Origin: an uncultured Chloroflexia bacterium
Lineage (GTDB): Bacteria; Chloroflexota; Limnocylindria; Limnocylindrales; CSP1-4
Length of the DNA stretch: 64,000 nt
Reading direction: 5' to 3'
Assembly: GCA_963746845.1 (NCBI GenBank)
Contig: CAVVCZ010000006.1
Span: 96,001-160,000, forward strand
Shown here: piece after piece, positions 46,684 to 56,470 of the stretch
How the letters are laid out: each line of letters opens with the position of its first letter
How positions within the stretch are numbered: position 1 is the stretch's first letter
The notes under the pieces: model-generated
What the model saw: the letters and a program-made list of their open reading frames with translations, nothing else
The model's database searches: none
Told to the model about the DNA's origin: nothing
Position numbers and translations under genes: made by a program

Positions 46684-48603
46684 TCACTCCTCCTCGGTGG
46701 TCCCCCGACGGCCGCGCATCAGGACGAGGCCGACGGCGATGATCGCGACGAGGGCCACGACCCCGAGGATCAGCGGCAGCATCGAGCTCGATGACGACGA
46801 AGCCGGGGTCTGGTCCGTCGGCGCGGACGCGCCCGGCGCTGCGCTCGACCCGCTCCCCGGCGCGGCTCCGGGCTGGGACGGAGCCGCGGACGGCGCGGCC
46901 TTGGCGTCGGTCAGGAGGTTGTACCCGCCCGACCCGTAGCCGAACAGCGGTGTCCCGTCCTGCGGCGGCTGGTTGACCCAACCCGCGAACTTGTCGGTCC
47001 GGTAGGCGTGGAGCTCGGCGTCGTAGTACAGGATGTGGTACGGAGCCTCGTCGTAGACGAGGTTCTGCATCTCGGCGAGGAGCGCCTTGCGCTTGACCGG
47101 GTCCGGCTCGGCGCGTTGCTGCTTGAACAGCTCGTCGTAGTGCGGGTTCGAGTAGTAGCTGTCGCTCGACGCCCCGATCTCACTCGTCTGGAAGAACTTC
47201 AGGAGCGAGTTCGGATCCGGGTCGCCGGTCCAGCCCCACATGTAGATGTCGTAGTTGGCCGGGCCGTCCGGTGGCCCGGTGACATCGGTGGTCAGCTTGC
47301 CTTCCTCGGTCACCGCGGCATTCACGGTGATGCCGAGCTCCCCGAACCACTGGACGAGGAACTGGGCGACGCTCGAGTCCTGGGCCTCGGAATCCGGCCA
47401 GGTCAGGCGCAGGATGATGACCTTGCCGTCCTTGTCGAGGAGCTTCCCGTCGGCGTTGAGCTTGTAGCCGGCCGCGTCGAGTCGGCGCTTCGCCTCCTCG
47501 ATGTCGAAGCGGCGCGGATGATCCGGCTCGACATGCCAGCGGCTCTGGTAGGGCGGGATGATCGTCGTTCCGACGGTCCCGTACCCACCCAGGGTGGAGT
47601 CGACCAGCTTCTGGTGGTCGATCGCGTAGCCCAGCGCGTCGCGGAACGCGACGTCGGACAGCGCCGACGTGGACCCGCCGTAGCCCTTCTTGTTGCCACC
47701 GGTGTTGAACGACAGCTCCGAGTACCCGTTGGCGACCCCGGCGACCGTCTGGATGTTCGGCTCGTTCTTCAGGGCGTTGAACTGGTCCGGCAGAACGTGC
47801 CTGACGTAGTCGAGCTCACCGGTCTTCAACGCCTGGACCATGGTGTCCGGGGCGGCGAACTGGGTGAGGATGATCTCGTCCTCGGCGCCCTTCTGGGTCC
47901 CCCAGTAGTTGGGGTTGCGGGCGAACCGGATGAACGAGCCGGGCTTCCACTCGACGGCCTGGTACGGGCCGGTCCCGACGACCGGCGGCTCGTTCTTGAA
48001 GAAGCCCGCGGCCTCCGGATCGCCGATCTGGGCGAGCGAGTACTTCGACCAGATGTGCTTCGGCAGGATCGGGACGTAGGCCTGCAGGATCACCGAGTTC
48101 GCGAAGTCCGTGGTGAGGACCAGGGTCTGCGGATCCGGCGCCTCGACCTTGCTCAGGCCGGCGTCGGACAGGTAGGCCTCCAGGTAGCCCTCGCCGAGGT
48201 AGCCACGCTCGGAGGCGATCCCGTCGAGGATCGTCTGGTACGTCCAGCGGGCGTCTTCCGACGTCGCGGGCTGGCCGTCCGACCACTTCAACCCGGGCTC
48301 GATCTTGAACGTCCACTGCTTGCCGTCCGCGGACTGGGTCCAGGATTGCGCGAAGCCCGGCACCGGCTCGATGCTCGGCCCGAAGTTCACGAGCAGGTCG
48401 TAGTTGAGGGTGAACACCTCGAAGTCGGCGACGGTGACCGACTCGAACGGGTTGAGGACCTGGAGCTTCTGATCGGTGCCGGCGCGCAGGACCAGGTCGC
48501 CGTCGGCGGCGCTCGTCGCCCCCGCGGCCGGCAACATCGTCGAGAGCAGCAGCGCGAGGGCCCCCGCCACCCGGGCGGCTCGGCCTCGCAGGGGCGTTCG
48601 CAT
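46684..48603 (-). CDS. Family-5 ABC substrate-binding protein (OppA/DppA-like) with C-terminal TM anchor
   Basis: LKWSDGQPATSEDA, PVVGTGPY, FARNPNYW, FRDALGYAID; Sec signal, Ser/Pro linker and C-terminal TM. Confidence 0.93.
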   Translation of the reverse strand: MRTPLRGRAARVAGALALLLSTMLPAAGATSAADGDLVLRAGTDQKLQVLNPFESVTVADFEVFTLNYDLLVNFGPSIEPVPGFAQSWTQSADGKQWTFKIEPGLKWSDGQPATSEDARWTYQTILDGIASERGYLGEGYLEAYLSDAGLSKVEAPDPQTLVLTTDFANSVILQAYVPILPKHIWSKYSLAQIGDPEAAGFFKNEPPVVGTGPYQAVEWKPGSFIRFARNPNYWGTQKGAEDEIILTQFAAPDTMVQALKTGELDYVRHVLPDQFNALKNEPNIQTVAGVANGYSELSFNTGGNKKGYGGSTSALSDVAFRDALGYAIDHQKLVDSTLGGYGTVGTTIIPPYQSRWHVEPDHPRRFDIEEAKRRLDAAGYKLNADGKLLDKDGKVIILRLTWPDSEAQDSSVAQFLVQWFGELGITVNAAVTEEGKLTTDVTGPPDGPANYDIYMWGWTGDPDPNSLLKFFQTSEIGASSDSYYSNPHYDELFKQQRAEPDPVKRKALLAEMQNLVYDEAPYHILYYDAELHAYRTDKFAGWVNQPPQDGTPLFGYGSGGYNLLTDAKAAPSAAPSQPGAAPGSGSSAAPGASAPTDQTPASSSSSSMLPLILGVVALVAIIAVGLVLMRGRRGTTEEE

Positions 48604-48753
48604 GAAGGTTCTCCTCCTCGTCCGGCCCGCGCCCCGCGGCGTGAGTCCGTTGTCCGCGACCTCCTCCCGGCCGAAGTGCGCGGAAGGATGGCATGAGGTC
48701 CGAAGGGCTGCAAGCGTGAGCCCGTACCGCGCGCCACATCCTGTCCGCCGAGG

Positions 48754-49719
48754 TCAGTCGGAGGTCACGACCTCCTCGACGACGAGCGTGCCGGCGCCGG
48801 CGTCGAGCGTTGCCAGCGCCCCGAGCGGAACGGTCGCGTGGTGCTTGCCGTGGCCGATCGGGAGGCCGAACACGAGCGGCAGGCCGAACGGCTCGAAGAG
48901 CTCCTCGACGATGTCCTCGGCCGACAGATCGCCGATCCCGTCGCTCGGCGTCGTCCTGAGATCCCCGACGGCGATCCCGGCCGCGCCGTCGAGCAGCCCC
49001 GCGTTCCGGAGCTGGGTGAGGATCCCGTCGAGCACCTCCCCCTCCAGGTCGATCTCCTCGAGGACGACGATCCGGCCCCGCAAGTCCGGCTGGAGGCGCG
49101 TTCCGATGGCGCTGGAGAGCAGTCCGGCGCAGCCACCGGCGAGACGTCCGGTGACGCGCCCGCCGACGATCGTCCGGACATACGGGTCGTCCGGGTCCGG
49201 CCCGATCGGTCCGAGCGGCTCGTCGCTGAAGAGGGCGCGCCGGAGGTGCTCCTTGGAGAAGTCCGTGACATCGGTCGCCCCGATCCCGAGGGCGCCGTTG
49301 GCATAGAAGCTGATCACGTTCGCCCAGCGCTCCTGGGCCAGGTGGAGCGTCGTGATATCGCTGTAGCCGCACAGGATCTTCGGGTTGGCGGCGAAGCGCG
49401 GCTCGTCGAGGAGCGGGATCAGACGCGGCGTGCCGTAGCCGCCCTGGAGGCACATCACCGCCCGGACGTCGGGATCGGCGAGCGCGACGTGGAGATCCGC
49501 GACGCGGTCGACGTCGCTGCCGGCGAGGTAGCCGTGACGGTCGTTGACGTGTTCGCCGAGCCGGACCGTCAGGCCCCACGCCTCGAGGGCGGCGACCGCC
49601 CGGAGCAGGTCGCTCCGACTCTCCCACGGGCTCGCCGGGGCGACGATCGCGACCGTGTCGCCGGCCCGCAGGCGGCGCGGCTTCCGCGGCCCTTCGTCGT
49701 GGTGGGTCATCGCGACCAT
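48754..49719 (-). CDS. LD-carboxypeptidase (peptidase S66/MccF-like)
   Basis: VAIVAPAS, GGYG, GYSDIT nucleophile, LEEI, PIGHG; the start may be 49710. Confidence 0.92.
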   Translation of the reverse strand: MVAMTHHDEGPRKPRRLRAGDTVAIVAPASPWESRSDLLRAVAALEAWGLTVRLGEHVNDRHGYLAGSDVDRVADLHVALADPDVRAVMCLQGGYGTPRLIPLLDEPRFAANPKILCGYSDITTLHLAQERWANVISFYANGALGIGATDVTDFSKEHLRRALFSDEPLGPIGPDPDDPYVRTIVGGRVTGRLAGGCAGLLSSAIGTRLQPDLRGRIVVLEEIDLEGEVLDGILTQLRNAGLLDGAAGIAVGDLRTTPSDGIGDLSAEDIVEELFEPFGLPLVFGLPIGHGKHHATVPLGALATLDAGAGTLVVEEVVTSD

Positions 49720-49726
49720 CTCGACA

Positions 49727-50905
49727 TCAGACGAGGAAGCTCGTCGTGGGATCGGCCTCGAGGAGGATCGGCCGGTCGATCCGGAAGCGCTCGATCTCGC
49801 CGGCGGACGGGGTCGAGCCGTCGACGACGAGCTCCGACAGGATCCGTCCGAGGACCGACGCGAACTTGTACGCGTGCGCGGCGCCGAGCGCGACGACGAC
49901 GCCCGGGTGATCGGGCAGCCGGTCGACGACGAAGTCGCGATCCGGGGTCAGGGTGTAGAGGCAGGTCTTCGTGAGGATCTCCGGTCCGAGCTGTTCCGGC
50001 AGGTGCCGGCCGAGGAAGCCCGTCAGCCGGGCGAAGCCGATCTCGTTCCGATCGTACGTCCGGGTCGCGGGCGTGACCTCGTCGCCGCCGACGTCCTCGG
50101 CCGATTTCGGGCCCGCCTCGCCGTACGTCGGGAAGCCGTAGAACGACGGGTCGTCCATCCAGATCCAGATCGGGAAGCGATCGGGCGCGAACCGAGCCGG
50201 ATCGGGCGAGGCGAACCAGGTGACCTGGGCCTGGATGATCGTCAGCGGCAGACGGCGGTCGAACGGCGCGAGCAGGTCGTTCGTCCACGCGTCCGCCGCC
50301 AGGACGACCTGTCGCGCGTGATGGACCGTCCCGTCGTCGAGGGCCGCCTCGGTCGTGCCGTCGGCACGCGGCCGCAGCCCGCTCACGCGGACGCCCTCGC
50401 GGAGCGTCGCGCCGTGGGCGACGGCGAGGCGTTGGTGGGCGGCGTTCCCGCGGTTCGGGTCGGCGATCCCGGCGTCGGCCTGGAACAGACCGTGATGCTC
50501 GTCCCCGAGGCGCCATTGGGGCCAGCGACGGACGATCTCCGGCCCGTCGAGGTGCTCGAACTGGACGCCCTCGGCGGTCATCGCGTCGACGTAGTCGCCG
50601 AGCGGGATCGCCGCCTCGCGCGGTCCGATGTCCAGGCCGCCGGTCCGTGTCACGATCGTCGCGCCGCTCTCCGCCTCGACGTCCGTCCACGAGGCGTAGG
50701 CGCGCCGCGCGAGCCGGACGTAGTCCGGGCGGTGGTACGAGAGCCTGATGATCCGGCTGTGGTCCTGGCCCGCGCCGCGGGAATGCCCGAGCTCGAACTG
50801 CTCCAGGCCCAGGACGCGGTCGCCGAGCCGACGGCTCAGCCAGTACGCCGCGCCGGAGCCGATGGCGCCCAGCCCCACGACGATCGCGTCCCACTCGTTC
50901 CGCAC
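49727..50905 (-). CDS. solA: Monomeric sarcosine oxidase / N-methyl-L-tryptophan oxidase family flavoprotein
   Basis: VVGLGAIG, HSRIIRLSY, FYGFP, KTCLYTLTPD (FAD-linked Cys), HAYKFA. Confidence 0.85.
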   Translation of the reverse strand: MRNEWDAIVVGLGAIGSGAAYWLSRRLGDRVLGLEQFELGHSRGAGQDHSRIIRLSYHRPDYVRLARRAYASWTDVEAESGATIVTRTGGLDIGPREAAIPLGDYVDAMTAEGVQFEHLDGPEIVRRWPQWRLGDEHHGLFQADAGIADPNRGNAAHQRLAVAHGATLREGVRVSGLRPRADGTTEAALDDGTVHHARQVVLAADAWTNDLLAPFDRRLPLTIIQAQVTWFASPDPARFAPDRFPIWIWMDDPSFYGFPTYGEAGPKSAEDVGGDEVTPATRTYDRNEIGFARLTGFLGRHLPEQLGPEILTKTCLYTLTPDRDFVVDRLPDHPGVVVALGAAHAYKFASVLGRILSELVVDGSTPSAGEIERFRIDRPILLEADPTTSFLV

Positions 50906-50963
50906 CCGCCGATCCTACCCGGGCCGGATGCCCGCTCCGGCGTGCGGTCCCGGTCGCCGAGGA

Positions 50964-50992
50964 TTGACGTGCGCACAGGTGTGTGCCATCGT
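50964..50992 (+). promoter_or_regulatory. Leaderless vapBC promoter with palindromic operator
   Basis: TTGACG-N17-CATCGT-N6-ATG; GCACA-N4-TGTGC in the spacer. Confidence 0.7.
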
Positions 50993-50998
50993 CTGCGC

Positions 50999-51280
50999 AT
51001 GAACGTGCGCACGAACCTGCTCCTGCCGAAGGAGCTCCTCGACGAGGTCGACAGGTTCGCCGGCGAACGCGGACGGAGCCGCTACGTCGCCGAAGCCCTC
51101 CGGGTGAAGCTGAAACGCGACCGGTTCCGGGAGATGATCGAGCGCACAGCGGGCGTCCTGAGCTCGGAGGACTACCCGGAGTGGGCCACCTCCGAGCAGG
51201 TCGTGGAGTGGGTTCGGGCGCGTCGACGCGAAGTCACCGACACCGTCGGGATCGACACGGATGAGGAGGCTCACGGGTGA
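50999..51280 (+). CDS. vapB: RHH/CopG-type antitoxin
   Basis: RTNLLLPKELLDEVD...RSRYVAEAL; GTGA overlap with the PIN gene. Confidence 0.85.
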   Translation: MNVRTNLLLPKELLDEVDRFAGERGRSRYVAEALRVKLKRDRFREMIERTAGVLSSEDYPEWATSEQVVEWVRARRREVTDTVGIDTDEEAHG

Positions 51281-51657
51281 GGCTCGTCCTGGACTCCAGC
51301 TTCGTCATCGACCACCTCCGGGGGCTACCAGAAGCGGTGGATCGGATGGAGTCGATGTTCGAGGTGGGGGACGAGGCGTACGTGACCGACGTTGTCGTGT
51401 GCGAGGTCCGGGCGGGACTCCGCGCGGAAGCCGAGCATCACCTGCTGGCCGTGCTGGAGCCGATCGAGTTCATCCAGGCGGGACCGGAGCAAGCCATCCT
51501 CGCCGGCCGTTGGCGGGCCGAGCTACGGTCTGCCGGGCGCACGCTCAGCCTCGCTGATGCCTTGATCGCTTCAGCAGCAGCGTCGCTCGGCGCCGCGGTG
51601 CTGACGCGGAACCGACGGGACTTCGCGCTGACGCCGGTCGCGGTCGAGACCTACTGA
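51277..51657 (+). CDS. vapC: PIN-domain toxin
   Basis: VLDSSFVID, VCEV, SLADALIASAA, LTRNRRDF. Confidence 0.93.
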   Translation: MRLVLDSSFVIDHLRGLPEAVDRMESMFEVGDEAYVTDVVVCEVRAGLRAEAEHHLLAVLEPIEFIQAGPEQAILAGRWRAELRSAGRTLSLADALIASAAASLGAAVLTRNRRDFALTPVAVETY

Positions 51658-52328
51658 CCGCCGTCCTCGCGGGCCTCGAGCCACTCGACCCGGCCGCCGA
51701 TCTCGACCATGCCGTCCGGCTGCGGCCGGACGAGGATCTCGGACGCGACGCCCTGGTGGATCGTCACGTCGCGTCGCAGGTCGCCGCCCATCGCGACGGC
51801 AGCCGCGCCGGTCGCCTCGTCCTCGGCGATCCCGTAGTCGGTCGCGAAGTAGCGAGCGCGGATGTCGCCCGCGGCCTCGTCCAGCCAGGCCCAGACGTAG
51901 ATCCCCGGGTCGCCCATCCGGGGCGGGTCGTAGCCGTCGACGGCGGCAGGAGTATCGAGGCGGACCCGCCGGTGCTGATGGATCCACGACGGGTTGGCGC
52001 AGACCCACGTCCGCTCCTCGTCATGACGGACCCGGACCTCGCCGGCCGGCGGACGCAGGACGGCAACCGGAGTCCCCTCGCGGCGCAGCAGCCACCCGGT
52101 CCCGACCGTCGGGTGGCCGGCGAACGCCAGCTCCGCGGCGGGAGTGAAGATCTGGATGGTCCCCTCGGCCCGGTCGTCGACGAACACGGTCTCCGAGAAG
52201 CCGAGCCGCGCCGCGACGGCCTGGCGGCGGTCGCTCGGGATCGTGCCTCCGTCGAGGAACACCCCGAGCGGGTTGCCGCCGCGTCCGTCCGGCCCGATGA
52301 ACACCCGGAGCACGTGGAGCGTCGTCAT
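51651..52328 (-). CDS. PhzF family isomerase/epimerase
   Basis: GNPLGV, FSETVF, IFTP..ELAFAGHPTVG, EDEATGAA, IHQG. Confidence 0.92.
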   Translation of the reverse strand: MTTLHVLRVFIGPDGRGGNPLGVFLDGGTIPSDRRQAVAARLGFSETVFVDDRAEGTIQIFTPAAELAFAGHPTVGTGWLLRREGTPVAVLRPPAGEVRVRHDEERTWVCANPSWIHQHRRVRLDTPAAVDGYDPPRMGDPGIYVWAWLDEAAGDIRARYFATDYGIAEDEATGAAAVAMGGDLRRDVTIHQGVASEILVRPQPDGMVEIGGRVEWLEAREDGGQ

Positions 52329-52945
52329 GCGGTTGGTCCCTCCTGCCCGGTCAGGGTCGGCCGGCGGGCGCCGCTCCGATCGAGCGCGACCGCCTGGATC
52401 CCCACGATCGACATCGCGTCGGTGATCTCGCCGGTCCCGATCATCGCCAGCGCGTCGTCAAAGAACACCCAGCGGACGACCAGGTCCTCGCTGGGCTCCG
52501 GCGCCGCGGTCCCGTGGTGGCTCGCTCGCGCCGCGAACAGGACGCCGGCCTCGTCGCTGATCGAGTTCGACAGGTGGAGCCGGCACAGCTCCCGCCAGCC
52601 GTCTGCCTCGACGCCCGTCTCCTCACGGAGCTCGCGCCGCGCCCCGTCGAGCGCCGACTCGCCGGCCGGGACGCCACCCTCCGGGATCTCCCAGGAGTAG
52701 GCGTCGAGCGTGTAGCGGTGCTGCCCGACGAGCAGGAGCCGATCCGCCTCGTCCAGGACGATGACGCCGACGGCGAGGTTCAGGAAGTGGACGACGCCGT
52801 AGATCCCGTCGCTCCCGTCCGGTCGATCGACCTCGTCGTGCCAGACGGTGATCCAGGCGTTCGCGTAGGCGTCGCGGCGCGTCCGGCGACGCCACGGCCC
52901 GACGGCAATCGGCGGATCGAGGGGCTCAGGTGTCATCGCCGTCAT
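52325..52945 (-). CDS. NUDIX hydrolase (ADP-ribose pyrophosphatase-like)
   Basis: Nudix box PEGG....ESALDGARRELREETG. Confidence 0.92.
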   Translation of the reverse strand: MTAMTPEPLDPPIAVGPWRRRTRRDAYANAWITVWHDEVDRPDGSDGIYGVVHFLNLAVGVIVLDEADRLLLVGQHRYTLDAYSWEIPEGGVPAGESALDGARRELREETGVEADGWRELCRLHLSNSISDEAGVLFAARASHHGTAAPEPSEDLVVRWVFFDDALAMIGTGEITDAMSIVGIQAVALDRSGARRPTLTGQEGPTA

Positions 52946-53003
52946 CGTCGCACGGCCCGGGCGGCGCGGCCGGGCGCGTCCCGGACCCGCCTATCCTCGG
53001 CGG

Positions 53004-55091
53004 ATGCCGGACCCCGACGACGCGGAGCGGACTCGCCCCGCCAGCCAGCCGACCCACGGCGTCGCGGCGCTGTCCGACGTCCGGATCCGGGCGTCCGACG
53101 GGGTCGAGCTGTCGGCGAACCTGTGGCTGCCGGAGCCGCATGCCGACGGATCGGGGCCGCGGGTGTTCCCGGCGGTCCTCGAGATGCTCCCCTACCGCAA
53201 GGACGACTGGCACGCGGCGAGCGACCAGGGGTTCGGCGAGTGGCTCGCGGCGCGTGGCTACGCCTACTGCCGGCTGGACGTCCGGGGAACGGGCTCGTCG
53301 GATGGGGTCGCGCTGGACGAATACACGGCGCGCGAGACGCAGGATGGTGCAGAGGTCGTCGAGTGGCTCGCGGCCCAGGGCTGGTCGAACGGCAAGGTCG
53401 CGATGTGGGGGATCTCGTACGGGGGCTTCACCGCGATCCAGGTCGCGCTGCTCCGGCCACCCCATCTCGCCGCGATCGTCCCGATGATGGCGAGCGACGA
53501 CCGCTACACGGACGACGTCCACTACATCGGCGGGTGCATGACGGTGTCCGAGCTGAGCCAGTACGCGGTGAGCATGGTCGGGATGAACGCGCTGCCACCC
53601 CTCGCCCCGACGACCGGTCCGGGATGGGTGGAGGCCTGGCGCGAACGTCTCGAGCGGACGCCGATCTGGCTCTTCTCGTGGCTGCGCGATCAGCGGGACG
53701 GCCCGTCCTGGCGGCAGGGCTCGCTCGCCCCGCACTGGGACCACCTCACGACGCCGACCTTCCTCATCGGCGGCTGGATGGACGAGTACGTCGATGCGGC
53801 CCTCCGGATGCTCGAACGCTGCACGAATGCCCCGCGACGGGCGCTGATCGGCAACTGGGTCCACAGCTACCCGGATCTCGCCTATCCGGGGCCGAACGTC
53901 GACTGGCGTCACGAGATGCTCCGCTTCCTCGACCACTGGCTGAAGGGCATCGACAACGGCGTCATGGACGAGCCGCCGCTCGTCGTCTACCGCCACGAGT
54001 GGGCGGCGCCGGAGCCGTTCCCCGAGGCGTGGCCCGGCGGGTGGGTGGCGGAGAGCGCCTGGCCGGCGCCGGATCGCGCCGAGCGGGTCCTCCACCTCGC
54101 GCCCGGCGAGCAACCGCTCGTCGGCCGGCTGGCGGAGGCGCCGCCGGTCGAGCCCGCGATCGAGGCGTTCCGCCACCGCGCGTCGGCCGGGACACGCGCC
54201 GGGCTGTCGTGGGGCGCCGGTCACGCGCCGAACGGTCTCGCCCGCGATCTCCGTCCGGACGACGCGACCGGCCCGGTCTTCACCTCCGCGCCGCTGGCCG
54301 CCGATCTCGACGTCGTCGGCTCGCCGTCGGTGGTCCTGACCTGGGAGTCACCCGTGCCGGTCGCGACGGCGGTCGTCCGGCTGCAGGACGTCGCCCCGGA
54401 CGGGACGCCCTTCCAGGTCTGCGCCGGGATCCTGAACCTCACCCATCGAGCGTCCCACGCGGAGCCCTCGCCGCTCGAGCCCGGCTGGCCGACCGAGGTC
54501 CGCATCGACCTGCGGGCGACGGCCCACCGGTTCGGTGCCGGGCATCGGATCCGGCTGTCGGTCGCGTCGTCGATGTGGCCGGTGGTCTGGCCGTCGCCGT
54601 TTCCGGCGACGTACCGGCTCCATCTCGGCGGCCGGCACACCGCCCGGCTCGTCCTGCCGATGCTCCCCGCCGGCCGGTCCGAGACGCCGGTGCCACCGTT
54701 CAAGACGACGCCGGCCGGCGTGCGGGACGTCGGGAGCGAGCGCGGCGACCCGCCCGTCTGGGAGGTCGTCGAGGACGTCCTCGCGGGCTCCGTGACGGTT
54801 CGGTCCAGCGAGTTCGGCGAGCTCGTCCTGCCCGACGGCGTCTCGACGCTGGCGAGCGGCGAGCGGCTGGAGATGATCGCGCGCGACGTCGACCCCGCAC
54901 ACGCCGAGATGCGCAACGACGTCGTCTACCGGCTGCGTCGGGCGGAGGCCGACGTCCTCATCGAGTCCGACGGGACGATCCGGACGACCGAGACGGACAT
55001 CGAGATGACGGTGCGGCTCCGCGTCCAGCTGGACGGCGAGCCGTTCTTCGAGCGCGACTGGCACGAGACGGTGGGGCGCGACCTGCTCTAG
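53004..55091 (+). CDS. CocE/NonD family hydrolase (peptidase S15-like)
   Basis: LPYRKD, DVRGTGSSDG, WGISYGG, GGWMD, IGNWVH, HRIRLSV. Confidence 0.93.
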   Translation: MPDPDDAERTRPASQPTHGVAALSDVRIRASDGVELSANLWLPEPHADGSGPRVFPAVLEMLPYRKDDWHAASDQGFGEWLAARGYAYCRLDVRGTGSSDGVALDEYTARETQDGAEVVEWLAAQGWSNGKVAMWGISYGGFTAIQVALLRPPHLAAIVPMMASDDRYTDDVHYIGGCMTVSELSQYAVSMVGMNALPPLAPTTGPGWVEAWRERLERTPIWLFSWLRDQRDGPSWRQGSLAPHWDHLTTPTFLIGGWMDEYVDAALRMLERCTNAPRRALIGNWVHSYPDLAYPGPNVDWRHEMLRFLDHWLKGIDNGVMDEPPLVVYRHEWAAPEPFPEAWPGGWVAESAWPAPDRAERVLHLAPGEQPLVGRLAEAPPVEPAIEAFRHRASAGTRAGLSWGAGHAPNGLARDLRPDDATGPVFTSAPLAADLDVVGSPSVVLTWESPVPVATAVVRLQDVAPDGTPFQVCAGILNLTHRASHAEPSPLEPGWPTEVRIDLRATAHRFGAGHRIRLSVASSMWPVVWPSPFPATYRLHLGGRHTARLVLPMLPAGRSETPVPPFKTTPAGVRDVGSERGDPPVWEVVEDVLAGSVTVRSSEFGELVLPDGVSTLASGERLEMIARDVDPAHAEMRNDVVYRLRRAEADVLIESDGTIRTTETDIEMTVRLRVQLDGEPFFERDWHETVGRDLL

Positions 55092-56446
55092 GTGCCGGCG
55101 CCCGCCGCATCGCGGGCTGCCCGTTCGATCGGCCCGAGGAAGTGGTCGCCGCCGCCGGTCATCGTGTAGCGGGTCGCCGGCTCGAGACCGCGGCGGATCC
55201 CGTCGTAGCTGATCACCTGGTACGCCGCCCCGGCGACGAGGATGTCGTCCAGCCGCTCGCGGAGCCGTGACGCCGGCATGACCGGCGACCAGGCATCGAT
55301 CCAGGCGTCGACGGCCGCGTCGATCTCCGCGACGCGATCCTCGCTCCACGAGATCCAGGTCACGAGGTCGACGAGCGGGCTGCCGACGGCGGCATCGGAC
55401 CAGTCGATGATCACGATCCGCCCGTCGATCAGGCCCGCGTTGCCGGAGTGGTAGTCGCCGTGCACGAGAGTCTCGGGCACGCCGAGGCCTTCGACGCGCG
55501 TGACCGCCGCCGTCACGGTCGCGACCAACGCCTCGCGCTCGCCGTCCCCCCATGACCGGTCCTCGACGACCATCCCATCCGGGCCGATCGCCGCCGCAAA
55601 GGCCGCCGGCACGCCCGCGAGCGGCCGGTGCTGCGCCCCGCCGGCCGCGAGCGCGGCCAGGTCCGCCGGGCGATCGGCCATCGCCAGCTGGACGCCGACG
55701 ATCGCCCGGGCGCCTGCGGCAAGGGCGGCCGGACGCTCGGCTTCCGGGAGGTCCCCGACCCACGGCGCCCGGACGTCCTCGACCAGCAGCCAGCCCTCGT
55801 CGGCCTCGATCGCGAGGACGCGCGGGACGGTCGCCGGGAACCGCTCGGCGAGGAGCTGCGTGAGGTCCGGCTCCGCGTGGAACGGCGGGAACACCGCCTT
55901 CAGGAACAGGTCGGCATCGTCCGTCGGGGCGCGGAGCAGCGCGGAGATCCCGCGGAGGAAGAACGGCCGCGGCTCGCCGGTCAGCGGCCGGCCGGCACCC
56001 TCCGCGGCCTCGCCCATCCACGCGGTCGCGCGGCCCATCCACCCCGGCCGCGCCCAGCGCGGCCGGAGCGCGGGCGGCGGTGCGCCGGTCCGGAGCTCCT
56101 CGAGCAGCTCGAGCGCCCGCGGCCGGATCGACGCGGGGAGCCCATCCAGCTCGATCGGCAGCGGCGCGAAGGTCAGCCCGTCCGGCGGTGTCCAGTCCGC
56201 GGGCGCCCGTTCGGTCGTCGCGAGGGTCGGGATCGGCGCACCGTCCGGGACGCCGACCCAGCGCGGATGCGTCTCGAGGACCGGCGCGGTGAAGGCCCAC
56301 GACCCTCGGAGGAACGCGTCGACGGCCACGACCGCCATGTCTTCCTCGCCGCTCTCCAGGATGACCGCCGGCAGCCGGCCGTCGTGGTCGACGAGGACCG
56401 TCGTGCCGGCCGGCCCGGGCACGGCGAGCCGGGCGTCGAGCTGCAT
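55088..56446 (-). CDS. Aminoglycoside phosphotransferase family protein
   Basis: RWARPGW, LFLKA, TLVHGDYHSGN, IIDWSDA. Confidence 0.85.
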   Translation of the reverse strand: MQLDARLAVPGPAGTTVLVDHDGRLPAVILESGEEDMAVVAVDAFLRGSWAFTAPVLETHPRWVGVPDGAPIPTLATTERAPADWTPPDGLTFAPLPIELDGLPASIRPRALELLEELRTGAPPPALRPRWARPGWMGRATAWMGEAAEGAGRPLTGEPRPFFLRGISALLRAPTDDADLFLKAVFPPFHAEPDLTQLLAERFPATVPRVLAIEADEGWLLVEDVRAPWVGDLPEAERPAALAAGARAIVGVQLAMADRPADLAALAAGGAQHRPLAGVPAAFAAAIGPDGMVVEDRSWGDGEREALVATVTAAVTRVEGLGVPETLVHGDYHSGNAGLIDGRIVIIDWSDAAVGSPLVDLVTWISWSEDRVAEIDAAVDAWIDAWSPVMPASRLRERLDDILVAGAAYQVISYDGIRRGLEPATRYTMTGGGDHFLGPIERAARDAAGAGT

Positions 56447-56470
56447 GGCCGAGAGCCTACGATACGGCCC
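56447..56470. promoter_or_regulatory. 24-bp bidirectional leaderless promoter
   Basis: + strand TACGAT at 56458-56463 and - strand TAGGCT at 56459-56454, each exactly 7 nt from its ATG. Confidence 0.7.
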
